Shown: positions 38,246-48,100 of the stretch, piece by piece
How the letters are laid out: each line of letters opens with the position of its first letter
Numbering within the stretch: position 1 is the stretch's first letter
NCBI GenBank assembly: GCA_903928345.1
Contig: CAIYQO010000266.1
Location: forward strand, 2,029-66,028
Source of the DNA: an uncultured bacterium
GTDB lineage: Bacteria > Armatimonadota > Hebobacteria > CAIYQO01
Direction of reading: 5' to 3'
DNA: 64,000 nt
The notes under the pieces: model-generated
Seen by the model: the letters and a program-made list of their open reading frames with translations, nothing else
What the model was told of the DNA's origin: nothing
The model's database searches: none
Made by a program: the position numbers and the translations under genes

Positions 38246-39080
38246 CGACACGCAAGCACAACCGGTGCGCCGCCCGGACGGTGAAGAGTCTCCCCTGTGG
38301 ATCGGCGGGCTGCTCGCGCTGATGGTGGTGCTGGTGGTGATCGGCGCGGTCTTCGTCGCGCCCACCCAAGCCTATCACGGGCCGTGGATCACCGTCCTCG
38401 GCGTCATCGCGACGCTGGGCATCTTCTCCATCCTGTACAAGGAGAACCCGCTCTTTCGCTTCTTCGAGCACATCTATATCGGGTTGGCGACGGCTTTCGG
38501 TATCTATTTTCTTTGGAACGACTTCATGATGGCGCACTGGTGGCAGCCGATGTTGCCCAAAATGGCCTCCAATCCGGCTGGCCAGGGGCAGTGGTGGCTG
38601 ATCTTCACCTTGCTCATCGGGGGGCTATTCTTCACCGTCTACTTCGCGAAGATTACCTGGATGAACCGCTTCATCATCGGCGTGCTGATGGGCTGGGGCG
38701 CGGGGTATGCCTTCTCCGCCTTCATGAGCCTCATCGCCCCGCAGCTCACCGCCTCCTTCCGCCCGCCGGTGTCGCACGAGTCGATGGTGGCCGTGGGGAT
38801 GACCAAGGAAAACAACTTCCCGTGGCACGGCCTGTACTGGCACCCGTGGCTGCTCATTTCGCTCATCGTGCTGCTCTGCGTGATGGCGTACTTTTTCTTC
38901 TCCGTGGAGCACCGCTCGGGACTCATCAAGCACCCCGCCATCGCCGGGCGCTACTTCCTGATGATCACCCTGGGCGCCATCTTCGGCACCACGGTAATGA
39001 GCCGCTTCACGCTCCTCATCGGCCGCCTCGACTTCCTCATCCACGCGGTGAAGGACCTGCTGGCGGCGATACACCACTAA
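38238..39080 (+). CDS. polytopic membrane protein (about 7 TM), uncharacterised
   Basis: 280 aa. Overlaps the previous gene by 8 nt. Confidence 0.6.
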   Translation: MTDDTQAQPVRRPDGEESPLWIGGLLALMVVLVVIGAVFVAPTQAYHGPWITVLGVIATLGIFSILYKENPLFRFFEHIYIGLATAFGIYFLWNDFMMAHWWQPMLPKMASNPAGQGQWWLIFTLLIGGLFFTVYFAKITWMNRFIIGVLMGWGAGYAFSAFMSLIAPQLTASFRPPVSHESMVAVGMTKENNFPWHGLYWHPWLLISLIVLLCVMAYFFFSVEHRSGLIKHPAIAGRYFLMITLGAIFGTTVMSRFTLLIGRLDFLIHAVKDLLAAIHH

Positions 39081-39081
39081 G

Positions 39082-39160
39082 CGTTCCACGTTCCACGTTC
39101 CAAGTTCAACGGGATGACCGACTTGCGTATCGCGTTGAACCTTGAACGTGGAACGTGGAA
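39082..39160. repeat. near-perfect 29-bp stem hairpin built from (GTTCCAC)3
   Basis: CGTTCCACGTTCCACGTTCCAAGTTCAACG ... CGTTGAACCTTGAACGTGGAACGTGGAAC. Starts 1 nt after the stop of 38238..39080. Confidence 0.55.
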
Positions 39161-39180
39161 CTCGTCCGAAGGACGCTTGC

Positions 39181-39705
39181 ATGCTCGACCGTTTTCGCCC
39201 ACATCGCCTGGCCCGCCGGCTGGAGGAAGTCGACATCGCCGATCTCCTCGCCCGCGGGGTGCAGGGGGTGATCCTCGACCTGGATAACACGCTAACGCTG
39301 TGGAAAAGCACCGCGGTGACACCCGCGGTAGTGGCGTGGGTCACGCGGCTGCGCGCGCAGGGGCTGCAGGCGTGCGTGCTGAGCAATGCCGCCGGCGCGC
39401 GGCGCGTGCGCGTGGTGGCCGACGCGCTGGGCCTCCCGTGGATCACCCGCGCGGGCAAACCGCTGCCACGCGGCTTTCGCCAGGCGATGACGCGCATGGG
39501 CACCACCCCGGAAACTACCGTCGCCATCGGCGACCAGGTCTTCACCGACGTATGGGGCGGCAACCGCCTCGGCCTCTACACCATCCTCCTCGACCCCACC
39601 TCGCCCCACGAATCGTGGTTCACCAAACTCGTGCAACGCAACCTGGAGCGCGCCATCGGCCGCATTGCCAAAGACGACGCGGCGCCGACGGCGGGGGCGC
39701 GCTAA
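39181..39705 (+). CDS. YqeG-type HAD-IIIA phosphatase
   Basis: Start MLDRFRP. DLDNTLT motif I and GDQVFTDVWGGN motif. Confidence 0.7.
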   Translation: MLDRFRPHRLARRLEEVDIADLLARGVQGVILDLDNTLTLWKSTAVTPAVVAWVTRLRAQGLQACVLSNAAGARRVRVVADALGLPWITRAGKPLPRGFRQAMTRMGTTPETTVAIGDQVFTDVWGGNRLGLYTILLDPTSPHESWFTKLVQRNLERAIGRIAKDDAAPTAGAR

Positions 39706-39795
39706 CACTTATCCGCAACGCCAGCACCCTACCCAGAGAAACATCCAGTTTGCCACATGCAGGTATGCTCCGGTACAGGCATTCCGTGCTCGAGC

Positions 39796-39832
39796 CTGCA
39801 ATCCGCATTCTGCAATCCGCATTCCGCAATCT
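39796..39832. repeat. tandem GCAATCCGCATT(C) units. An inverted copy lies at 41203-41232, on the other side of argF.
   Basis: CTGCAATCCGCATTCTGCAATCCGCATTCCGCAATC here and GATTGCGGATTGTAGATTGCGGAATGCGGATT at 41203-41232 share the 19-mer AATCCGCATTCCGCAATCT in inverted orientation. Confidence 0.4.
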
Positions 39833-39888
39833 TTCGACCCACCGACCCTTCCGCGAACACAAACGGCCGACCACCTTCTGCCTTGCCC

Positions 39889-39917
39889 TTGGCATCCTTT
39901 CCGTTGCCGAGTACAAT
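39889..39917 (+). promoter_or_regulatory. sigma70 consensus-like promoter TTGGCA-17-TACAAT (argF operon)
   Basis: -35 at 39889-94 and -10 at 39912-17. Confidence 0.45.
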
Positions 39918-39922
39918 AAGGC

Positions 39923-40267
39923 GTGCAAGATGCGACGGTATTGATGTTGGGCGTGACGGCGGTAGCGCTGCTGCTGGTGAGCTACCTGCTGTACCTGCGG
40001 CTCGGATCCGAAGGGGCGTCGCCGCGGCGCCTCCGGTGGACGATAGCGGAGCTGTGGGTGACCTTTGCCCTCATTGCCACCGCCTTTGTCGTCGCGCGTC
40101 ACCTGCTGGGCGCCGGCGAGCTGCTCGAGCTGCTCAGCCATGCCCGCGCGTTGCCGCTGCCCGAGCAGGTCGCCATCTACGGGCTGCTGCTCATCGGCGT
40201 GCTGCTCTTTGTCCATCTGCTGCTCACGCTGCGCCCAGCGAAGCCAAGGGAGGATCACCATGACTAG
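39923..40267 (+). CDS. small 3-TM membrane protein upstream of argF (GTG start; alternative ATG at 39944)
   Basis: Hydrophobic 107-114 aa. GC3-rich codons. The stop overlaps the argF start. Confidence 0.35.
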   Translation: MQDATVLMLGVTAVALLLVSYLLYLRLGSEGASPRRLRWTIAELWVTFALIATAFVVARHLLGAGELLELLSHARALPLPEQVAIYGLLLIGVLLFVHLLLTLRPAKPREDHHD

Positions 40268-41201
40268 CCTGCGAGGCCGCCATCTGCTGTCGATTGCCGA
40301 CTACACGCTCGACGAACTCACCAGCGTACTCGACGCCGCGCTGCGCCTGAAGCGCCAACCGTCGCTGGTAGCGGGATTGGCCGCGGGCAAAACGCTGGCG
40401 ATGATCTTCGAAAAGCCCTCCCTGCGCACGCGCGTGACCTTTGAAACCGCCATGACGCAGATGGGCGGGCACGCCATCTACCTGCAACCGTCCGACATCG
40501 GCATCGGCACGCGCGAAACGGCGCAGGACGTGGCGCAGAACCTGTCGCGCTGGGTGCAGGCGATCATGGCGCGCACCTTCAAACACGGCACTATCACGGA
40601 ACTGGCGCAATACGCCACCGTACCGGTGATCAACGCCCTCTCCGACCTGGAGCATCCCTGCCAGGCGCTGGCGGATTTCCTCACCCTTACCGAGCATAAG
40701 GCGTACCTGAAAGGGCGCAAACTGGCCTATGTGGGCGACGGCAACAACGTGGCGCACAGCCTGATGCTGCTGGCCGCGCTGGTAGGCACGCACTTCACCA
40801 TCGCCTGCCCCGAGGGGTACGACCCGTCGCCGGAGGTGCTGGCCCAGGCCCGCGCGCTGGCGAAGGAGAGCGGCGCGAAGATCAATGTCGTGCGCGATCC
40901 GGTCGAGGCGGTGAAGGGCGCCGACGCCCTCTACACCGACGTGTGGACGAGCATGGGCCAGGAGGAGGAGCGCGCCAAACGGCTGGCCGTCTTCCCGCCC
41001 TACCAGCTCAACGCCGCGCTGCTGCGCCACGCCAAGCCCGACGCCATCGTAATGCACTGCCTGCCCGCCCACCGCGGCGAGGAGATCAGCGCCGAGGTGC
41101 TCGACGGCCCGCAGTCCGTAGTGCTCGATCAAGCCGAAAACCGCCTCCACGCCCAAAAAGCCGTCCTCGCGCTGGCACTGGGGTGGGTGCCGAACGAGTG
41201 A
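40260..41201 (+). CDS. argF: ornithine carbamoyltransferase
   Basis: STRTR carbamoyl-phosphate motif (SLRTRVTFE), HPCQALAD, HCLPAHRGEE. RBS AAGGGAGG. Confidence 0.9.
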   Translation: MTSLRGRHLLSIADYTLDELTSVLDAALRLKRQPSLVAGLAAGKTLAMIFEKPSLRTRVTFETAMTQMGGHAIYLQPSDIGIGTRETAQDVAQNLSRWVQAIMARTFKHGTITELAQYATVPVINALSDLEHPCQALADFLTLTEHKAYLKGRKLAYVGDGNNVAHSLMLLAALVGTHFTIACPEGYDPSPEVLAQARALAKESGAKINVVRDPVEAVKGADALYTDVWTSMGQEEERAKRLAVFPPYQLNAALLRHAKPDAIVMHCLPAHRGEEISAEVLDGPQSVVLDQAENRLHAQKAVLALALGWVPNE

Positions 41202-41382
41202 TTTGATTGCGGATTGTAGATTGCGGAATGCGGATTAAGGCTGGGAGTCGTTCCGCTCTTCTGTAATCGACCCCCGGCCCCGCCCCCGTCACAGGATTGT
41301 TACGGGGGTGAGGGGCCGACAACAGGTAAACGGAACGATTCACAATACGATCCACCATTTACGATCCCCAGGAGGCCCCCCC

Positions 41383-43566
41383 ATGCAGCCGTTGACCTTC
41401 GACCACACCAGTTTCCTCGCGAACGGGGAGCGCATCTTTCTCATCTCCGGCGAGGTGCACTACTTCCGCGTGCCGCGGGCGGGGTGGGGCGATCGGCTGC
41501 GGAAGATGCAGGACGCCGGGGGCAACTGCGTGGCGACCTATGTCCCCTGGCTGCTGCACGAGCCGGAGGAGGGGCGCTTCGACTTCGACGGCGCGCAATT
41601 GGAACTGGAGGCCTTTCTCGACCTCTGCAACGAGGTGGGCCTCTGGGCGCTGGTGCGGCCCGGGCCGTATCAGTACTCCGAGCTGGCGTACGACGGCCTG
41701 CCCGGCTGGTTGTGCGAGGGGTATCCCACCCTGCGCGCGCAAAACCTGGCGGGCAAGGATTTCCGCGTCTCCTCCATCTCCTACCTGCACCCCGACTTCC
41801 TCGCCAAGGCGCGCCGCTGGTTCCACGAGGTGGCGCCGCGCATCGCCCGGCACCTCACCTCGCACGGGGGCGCCGTGGCGGCGGTGCAAGTGGATAACGA
41901 ATTGATGGGCATCCACGAATGGTTCGGCAGCCTGGATTACCACCCCGCGGCGATGGGCGTGGGACGGGAGATGGGGCGCTGGCCGGCCTTCCTGCAGACG
42001 CGCTACGGTTCGCTGGACGCGGTGAACGCCGCCTACGGCCTGCGTGCCAAGACGTGGGCAGCGGTGCGACCTCTCGACGCGGTGACCGCCGGCACGCCGG
42101 AAGAACGGCGGCGCGTGCAGGACTACGCGGAATGCTACCGCGGCAGCGTGGCCCACTACGCGCGCATCCTGGCCGATTGGCTGCGCGAGGGCGGCGTGGA
42201 CGTGCCCATCGTGCACAACTCGCCCAACCCCACGTCGAACGCCGACTTCCGCGAGCTGGTCGAACGCATGGGGCCGGACTTCCTGCTCGGTTCGGACCAC
42301 TACTACGCACTGGACATGGACTGGGACGGCAACAACCCCACACCGAAGTATGCCGCCAAATGCTTCTACTCCCTCGAGGAGTTGCGCCACTTCGGCGTGC
42401 CGCCCACCGTGTTCGAAATGCCCGGCGGCAGCCTGTCCGACTTCCCGCCCGTCACCGCTCACGACGCCGAGTGCGCCTACCTGCTCAACGTGGCCTACGG
42501 GTTGAAGGGGTACAACTACTACATCTTCGCCGGGGGTTACAACGTGCCCGGCACCGGCACCACCAGCGAAGTCTACGACTACGGCGCGGCGGTCTCCCCC
42601 GACGGCGAGTTGCGCCCCCTCTACGGCGCGCAGCAACGGCTGGGGCAATTCCTGGCCGACCACCGCTGGCTCGCGGGCGCGGGGTGCGCCGCCGATTGCC
42701 GCATCGGGCTGCTGTGGGAGTACAGCCGCGCGGGTAAGCACGGGGCCGACCACAAGGGCGGCATCGACTTCTCCGCCGCCGACGCGTGGGGACTCTTCTG
42801 GAAGGGCCTGCTGATGACCGCCTTCAGCGCCGGACTCACCCCGGAACTGGCGGATCTCGCCAGCGACGACGTGCTGGCGCGCCTGGATCTCCCCCTCGTG
42901 GTGCCCACGGCGCACACGATGTCCCGCGCCGTGCAAGAAGGCCTGGTCGACTTCGTGCGGGCGGGGGGGCAGTTGCTCCTTGCGCCGGTGGTGCCCGCCC
43001 TCGACGAAGCGTACCGCCCGTGCACCGTGCTGGCGGACTTCCTCGGCGCGCCGGTGCAGGAGGCCTACCGCTGCATGGCGCCGCTGCTCACCGCCTTCGA
43101 CGTGCGCAACGTCTTTGTGAACGGCGGCCTCTTCGCCACCACCGCCCGCCCCGAGGACGCCGTGCCGGTGGCCGTGGAGGAGCGCGGGAACCGCGAGATC
43201 GGCTGGCGCCGCGCCTACCCCGGCGGCGGCTGCGCCACCATACTCGGCCTGCACTGGAAACACGCCAAGCACGAACACGCGACCATGCTCGCCAACGCCC
43301 TCACCGACCTCGGCCTGCAGCGCCGCGTGCAGTGCAGCAACCCGTTGATCTGGACGGCCTTGCGCAGCGACGGGCAACGCACCATGCTCTTTCTGCTCAA
43401 CCTCTTCACCGCCCCGCTCACCACCCGCGTCTCCTTCCGCGACACCACCGGCACGTGGATCGACACCGGCGAGCACACCCTCCCCGGCATCTCCGTCACC
43501 GCGTGGACGGACGGGCGGGTGGTGTATAACACGGCGGATGGGGCGAAAATAGGAGGACGGGGATGA
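41383..43566 (+). CDS. glycoside hydrolase family 35 beta-galactosidase-like
   Basis: ISGEVHYFRVP...WGDRLRKMQDAG.N.VATYVPW.LHEPEEG.FDF.G...LE.F...C...GLWALVRPGPY...E...GLPGWL. Nucleophile region VQVDNELMG. Confidence 0.8.
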   Translation: MQPLTFDHTSFLANGERIFLISGEVHYFRVPRAGWGDRLRKMQDAGGNCVATYVPWLLHEPEEGRFDFDGAQLELEAFLDLCNEVGLWALVRPGPYQYSELAYDGLPGWLCEGYPTLRAQNLAGKDFRVSSISYLHPDFLAKARRWFHEVAPRIARHLTSHGGAVAAVQVDNELMGIHEWFGSLDYHPAAMGVGREMGRWPAFLQTRYGSLDAVNAAYGLRAKTWAAVRPLDAVTAGTPEERRRVQDYAECYRGSVAHYARILADWLREGGVDVPIVHNSPNPTSNADFRELVERMGPDFLLGSDHYYALDMDWDGNNPTPKYAAKCFYSLEELRHFGVPPTVFEMPGGSLSDFPPVTAHDAECAYLLNVAYGLKGYNYYIFAGGYNVPGTGTTSEVYDYGAAVSPDGELRPLYGAQQRLGQFLADHRWLAGAGCAADCRIGLLWEYSRAGKHGADHKGGIDFSAADAWGLFWKGLLMTAFSAGLTPELADLASDDVLARLDLPLVVPTAHTMSRAVQEGLVDFVRAGGQLLLAPVVPALDEAYRPCTVLADFLGAPVQEAYRCMAPLLTAFDVRNVFVNGGLFATTARPEDAVPVAVEERGNREIGWRRAYPGGGCATILGLHWKHAKHEHATMLANALTDLGLQRRVQCSNPLIWTALRSDGQRTMLFLLNLFTAPLTTRVSFRDTTGTWIDTGEHTLPGISVTAWTDGRVVYNTADGAKIGGRG

Positions 43567-43694
43567 ATGAAAAGTGAAAAGTGAATAATGGAAAATGAAA
43601 ATTGGCGGGTTTCGGCCTAATAGAAGACGGTTACACCTTCTGAACGGCCATTCCCAATTTTCACTTTCAACTTTTCATTTCTCACTTTTCATTC
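43565..43694. repeat. AT-rich long imperfect inverted repeat (GAATGAAAAGTGAAAAGTGAATAATGGAAAATGAAAATTGG / CCAATTTTCACTTTCAACTTTTCATTTCTCACTTTTCATTC)
   Basis: Arms of about 40 nt at 43565-43605 and 43654-43694. AT-rich in a 70% GC background. Lies between GH35 and the amidase. Confidence 0.5.
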
Positions 43695-43711
43695 CCTCGC
43701 AGGATATCCCC

Positions 43712-44392
43712 ATGTCGCATCGCGCCTGGACAATTCTGCTGACGACGAGCATCGCGCTGGCGGTTTTCGCGGTGAGTTGGGCGGCGGTGGTGCTGGTGCG
43801 GCACTTCCACCGCGGCGTCGTCGTGTCACGCACCAGTTTCCCGGTGGGCATCGTCATCCACCACACCGCCACGCCGCCGCGGGTGGGGGGCCGGTTGGTG
43901 GACTCCGCTTTCATCGACCGCATGCACGCGGTGCGTAGCTTCTGGGTGGCCGACAGCAACGGGGCGGTCTACCACATCGGCTACCATTTCCTCATCATGC
44001 AGGACGGCACGGTGCAGCGCGGGCGGCCCGAGCACCTGCACGGCGGGCACGCGCGCGGACACGCGGATATGCTGGGCATCGTGCTGGTGGGCAACTTCCA
44101 CGCCGCCAGCAACCGCGGGCAGGAAGGCCCCCTCACCCCGCCGCCCGCGCAGCTCCTCGCCACCGAGCGCCTTACGCGGCAGCTCATGACCAAGTACGGC
44201 CTCACCCCCGCGGATGTCTATCTGCACCGCGACCTCTGCCCCACCGCCTGCCCCGGCGACCACTTCCCGGAAAAAGCGTTCCGCGCCGCCCTCACCCACC
44301 CCGACCCCGGCCCGCCGGTCGTCGTAAAACCCTTCCCGCCCCCGGCATGGCTGCCGAAGACGGTGGTAAAAACGGTACCGGTCACCCATTGA
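43712..44392 (+). CDS. N-acetylmuramoyl-L-alanine amidase (Amidase_2/PGRP fold), membrane-anchored
   Basis: GIVIHHTA, HGGHARGHADMLGIVLVGNF, HRDLCPTACPG zinc-ligand pattern. N-terminal TM. Confidence 0.7.
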   Translation: MSHRAWTILLTTSIALAVFAVSWAAVVLVRHFHRGVVVSRTSFPVGIVIHHTATPPRVGGRLVDSAFIDRMHAVRSFWVADSNGAVYHIGYHFLIMQDGTVQRGRPEHLHGGHARGHADMLGIVLVGNFHAASNRGQEGPLTPPPAQLLATERLTRQLMTKYGLTPADVYLHRDLCPTACPGDHFPEKAFRAALTHPDPGPPVVVKPFPPPAWLPKTVVKTVPVTH

Positions 44393-44451
44393 ACGTGTTC
44401 AATTCCCGGCTAAACGCCGACTTGCCGCCCGGCGTGCTATACTGAAACGAG

Positions 44452-45135
44452 ATGATGAGACACCGGCTGATCGCGGTAGGGGTGTTGCTGGCGCTGGCGC
44501 GGCTGTGCGCCGGGGCGACGGTGCTGCCGACCGTGCATGCGGCGGTAAAGCTGGTGGTGGACGGCGACGCGGGCGAGTGGGCCGCGCTGCCCGGCGTGCT
44601 CACACGGCAGTTGGGCGACAAGCCGGACGGCCCCACCGTGGCGATGACCTGGGACGGCGCCAACCTCGACCTCGCCTTCACCGTGCCGCAGCCCAAGGAT
44701 ACCGTGACGCGCGTGCCCATCAGCCTGCCCTTCAGCGACGGCCTGTGGCGGCGCGGCGACCGGGTGGAGTGGTACGTCACCGTCGGCGACGACACCTTCC
44801 ACTACGTCTTCATGCCCACCGGCGACTGCTTCCGCATCATCGTGAAGAAGGGCGGTTTCGAGGAAGGGCACGACGCGGACTTCGCCTACAAAGCGCGCAT
44901 CCTGCCCGACCGCTGGTGCGGCGAGGTGCAGATCGGCCTCGAAGACAGCCCCTTCCCGCTCCCCAAGCGCCACCCGGACTGGGCGATGCGCTTCGTGTAT
45001 ACCAACATCGCCGCAAAGACCACCCTCGCCTGGCCGGTGCCGAAGGCCGACGCCGATCCGCCACCGAGCGAAACGGTCCACTTCTCCCCCGACCCGCCGG
45101 CGAAACCCGTGCCCCCGGCGCCCGCGGGGAAATGA
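44452..45135 (+). CDS. secreted stand-alone CBM9-like domain protein
   Basis: Signal peptide. VVDGDAGEWAALPG motif. 227 aa. Immediately upstream of type-B gene 45163. Confidence 0.6.
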   Translation: MMRHRLIAVGVLLALARLCAGATVLPTVHAAVKLVVDGDAGEWAALPGVLTRQLGDKPDGPTVAMTWDGANLDLAFTVPQPKDTVTRVPISLPFSDGLWRRGDRVEWYVTVGDDTFHYVFMPTGDCFRIIVKKGGFEEGHDADFAYKARILPDRWCGEVQIGLEDSPFPLPKRHPDWAMRFVYTNIAAKTTLAWPVPKADADPPPSETVHFSPDPPAKPVPPAPAGK

Positions 45136-45162
45136 CGTTCTGCCGACAATACGAGGTGCCCC

Positions 45163-48100
45163 ATGCATATCACACTGCGCCTGTTCGTACTGGCCGGGCT
45201 CTGCGCCCTGGCGCTCTTCCCCTGTCGTGTGTGGGCGGAGGACGACACCGCCGTTATGCCCATCTACCCCGTCGCCGGGCCGATCACCGTGGACGGCAAC
45301 CTGACCGACGCCGAGTGGGGGGGCGACCGGCTGGCGTGGCCCATCGACATCCCCGAATTCGGCACGGTGGCCGTCTACTGGCTGCGCTACGACCAGCACA
45401 CCCTGTACGGCGCCTTCAAAGTGACGGACTCCTCCCCGGCGAAGAATACGCGGTTGATGCACGACCGCTGGGAAGGCGACCAGCTCGAAATCTGCCTGTG
45501 CACCGACCCCGCCAATCACCCGCAGCACAGCAGCTTCGGCGACTACGACCACCAGGTCTTCCTGGGTCGCGACGGCGAAGGCGCGGTGAACGCCTACGTG
45601 AACATCAACGACAAGCTCAGCGGCACCCTGCCGGTGGGCAGCCACGTGGCTATCACGCCGTGGGCGGACGGCAAAGGGTACAACCTGGAGTTCAGCCTCC
45701 CGTGGGCCTCCCTCAACCGCCCGGCAGACTTTGCGCCCAAGACGGGCCTGCAGATCGGCTGGCAGGTGCAGGTGGACTTGAGCACGCCGGACGGCGAGCG
45801 GCTGGCCTACACCGCGAAGTGGTGGCCGCATGGCATCCATTTTCAGCACCCCAACCAGTGGGCGTGGGCTCGCTTCCTGGCGCCGGGCGAGGAGCGCCCG
45901 GCCCCGCCGCGCCCCGCCGCCGCCATCGCCACCTCCGGCAGCGAGGTGCAGTTCCCCACGCCAACCGACGGGTTGGTGAGTGTCAACATCACCGACGACA
46001 AAGGCGCGCTGGTACGCCGGTTGGTCATCGGGCAACACCTGAACAAGGGCACCAACGCCGCGCTGTGGGATGGGAAGGATGACGCGGGCCACGCCGTGCC
46101 TCCGGGCACGTATAAGCTGAAGGGCAGCGTGGCGAACCTGGGTGTGAAGTACCTGACCACGCTGGGCAACACCTCGCCGGAACCATACGGCGGCCTGCGC
46201 CGCAGCGCCGGGGGCGAATACCGGCACGGCTGCTGGTCGGATGTGATTACCAACCCCGACGGCACCTTCTATGTGCTCAACTGGGGCGGCGAAGGCCCGC
46301 CCGCCCTGCAACAGGTCGATCCCAAACAGCACTTCCGCGTGATCTGGGGCGGCACGACCACCACCTCCGGCAACGAGTTCCAGGAATACGGCGCCCGCGA
46401 CGGGAACACGCTCTATTTCACCCACGAGCGCCGCGTGGGTGCGGCGCAACGCATCAGCACCCTGTCGCGCATGAACGCCGTCACCCACAAGGGCGAGCGC
46501 TTCACCTCCGGCGAGTGGACGGTGCCGCTGGGGGAGCCGCGTACCGGGCAGTGGGCCCCCGACGCCGACGTGTGCGGCCTGGGCGCGCACGGCGGAAAGG
46601 TCTACGTGCCGTGTCGCTACGAGAACCGTGTCGATGTCTACGACGGCACCAGCGGCGACAAGGTGGGCACGATCACCAACCCGGCCTTCACCGGCCCGAT
46701 GGACATTGCCTTCGCCGCCGACGGGACGATGTTCGTGGTGGATAAAACGTCGGTCTACACCTACGACACGGCGCAAAAGTGCACGGGCACCATCACCACC
46801 GGCCTCACCCAGGGTGCGGCGGTGACCGCAGAGCCGACCGGCGGGGTATACGTCACCGACGCCGGCACCAATCAGGTGAAGGCCTTCACGTTAGCCGGCA
46901 AGCCGCTGAAAACCATCGGGCCGAAAGGCGGCGCGGCGTCCACGCTGGCGAAGTACGGCATCGACGGCGTAGGCGGCAAGATCCACGACGACTGGTTCTA
47001 TCACCCCGCCGGGCTGGCGTTCGACGCGGTGGGCAACCTGGTGGTGGTCGACACCGGCAACCTGCGCATCCAGGTCTTCAACCCAGCCGGGAAATGCGTC
47101 AAGAGTCTGCTCGCCGCCATGTATGCGAACCTCTGCATCGATCCCAAGCATCCCGAGACGGTCTTCGAGTTCGACGCGCAGGGGGTGATGCTGGCCCACC
47201 ATATGAACTGGCAGACCGGCGCCTCGCGGATCGACGGGGAATACACCCTCAACGCCCGGGCGAGTTTCGTGAAATTCCACCACGGCACGCCGTATTTCTT
47301 CGGCGGCGATTGCTCGGTGTGGACGATCGACAAGGGCAAAGCGCGCATGCGCACCGCGCTGTACCGCTATGCCTACCCCTCGTACGAGCAGTTTGCGCCG
47401 GTGCTGGAGAACGGCAAGGTGGTGCGGAAGAACTACCAGCAGATCTCCGGCAACAAGATTCCCATCTCCCTCCCGTGGGAGTTCCGCGACCTGAACGGCG
47501 ACGGCCTGCCGCAACTAAGCGAGTACCGCTGCTACACCAAGGAGCAGGCCAGACCGTGGTGGGGCTACAACGGCGGCGACTTCTACGTGGACGACGACTG
47601 GAACATGTACCTGGGCAACTGGAATTGGCAGGACGGCCATTCGTATGTGGTGAAGATCCCCTTCCAGGGCTTCGACAAGACGGGCAACCCGATCTACACC
47701 TGGGAGAAGTCGGAGATGAAGTTCAGCTCCGCCAACGACCCGGCGTGGAACAGCGACAACTTCAAGGCGCCGCAGATGAGCGGCATCCACCTCGGCGCGG
47801 ACGGCTCCGTCTACCTGGCGCTCAACGACCGCCCCGGCTTCGAGCCCCTCGACAACCGGCTACGCAAATATAACCCGGACGGCACCCGCGCGTGGAGCAT
47901 CTGCCACGGCACGCGCGGCTTCTGGCACAAACCGGGCGAGGAGCTGACGTGGATCACCGACATGGGCGGCCCCATCGATGGCCTGCTGGTGGGGATTGAG
48001 GAGACCGGTTCCTTCGAGTTCTTCAATCCGGATGGCTTCTACATCGGCACCGCGCTGCAGCCGTCGGACATGACGCCGGATGCCTACGGCACCGACGTGC

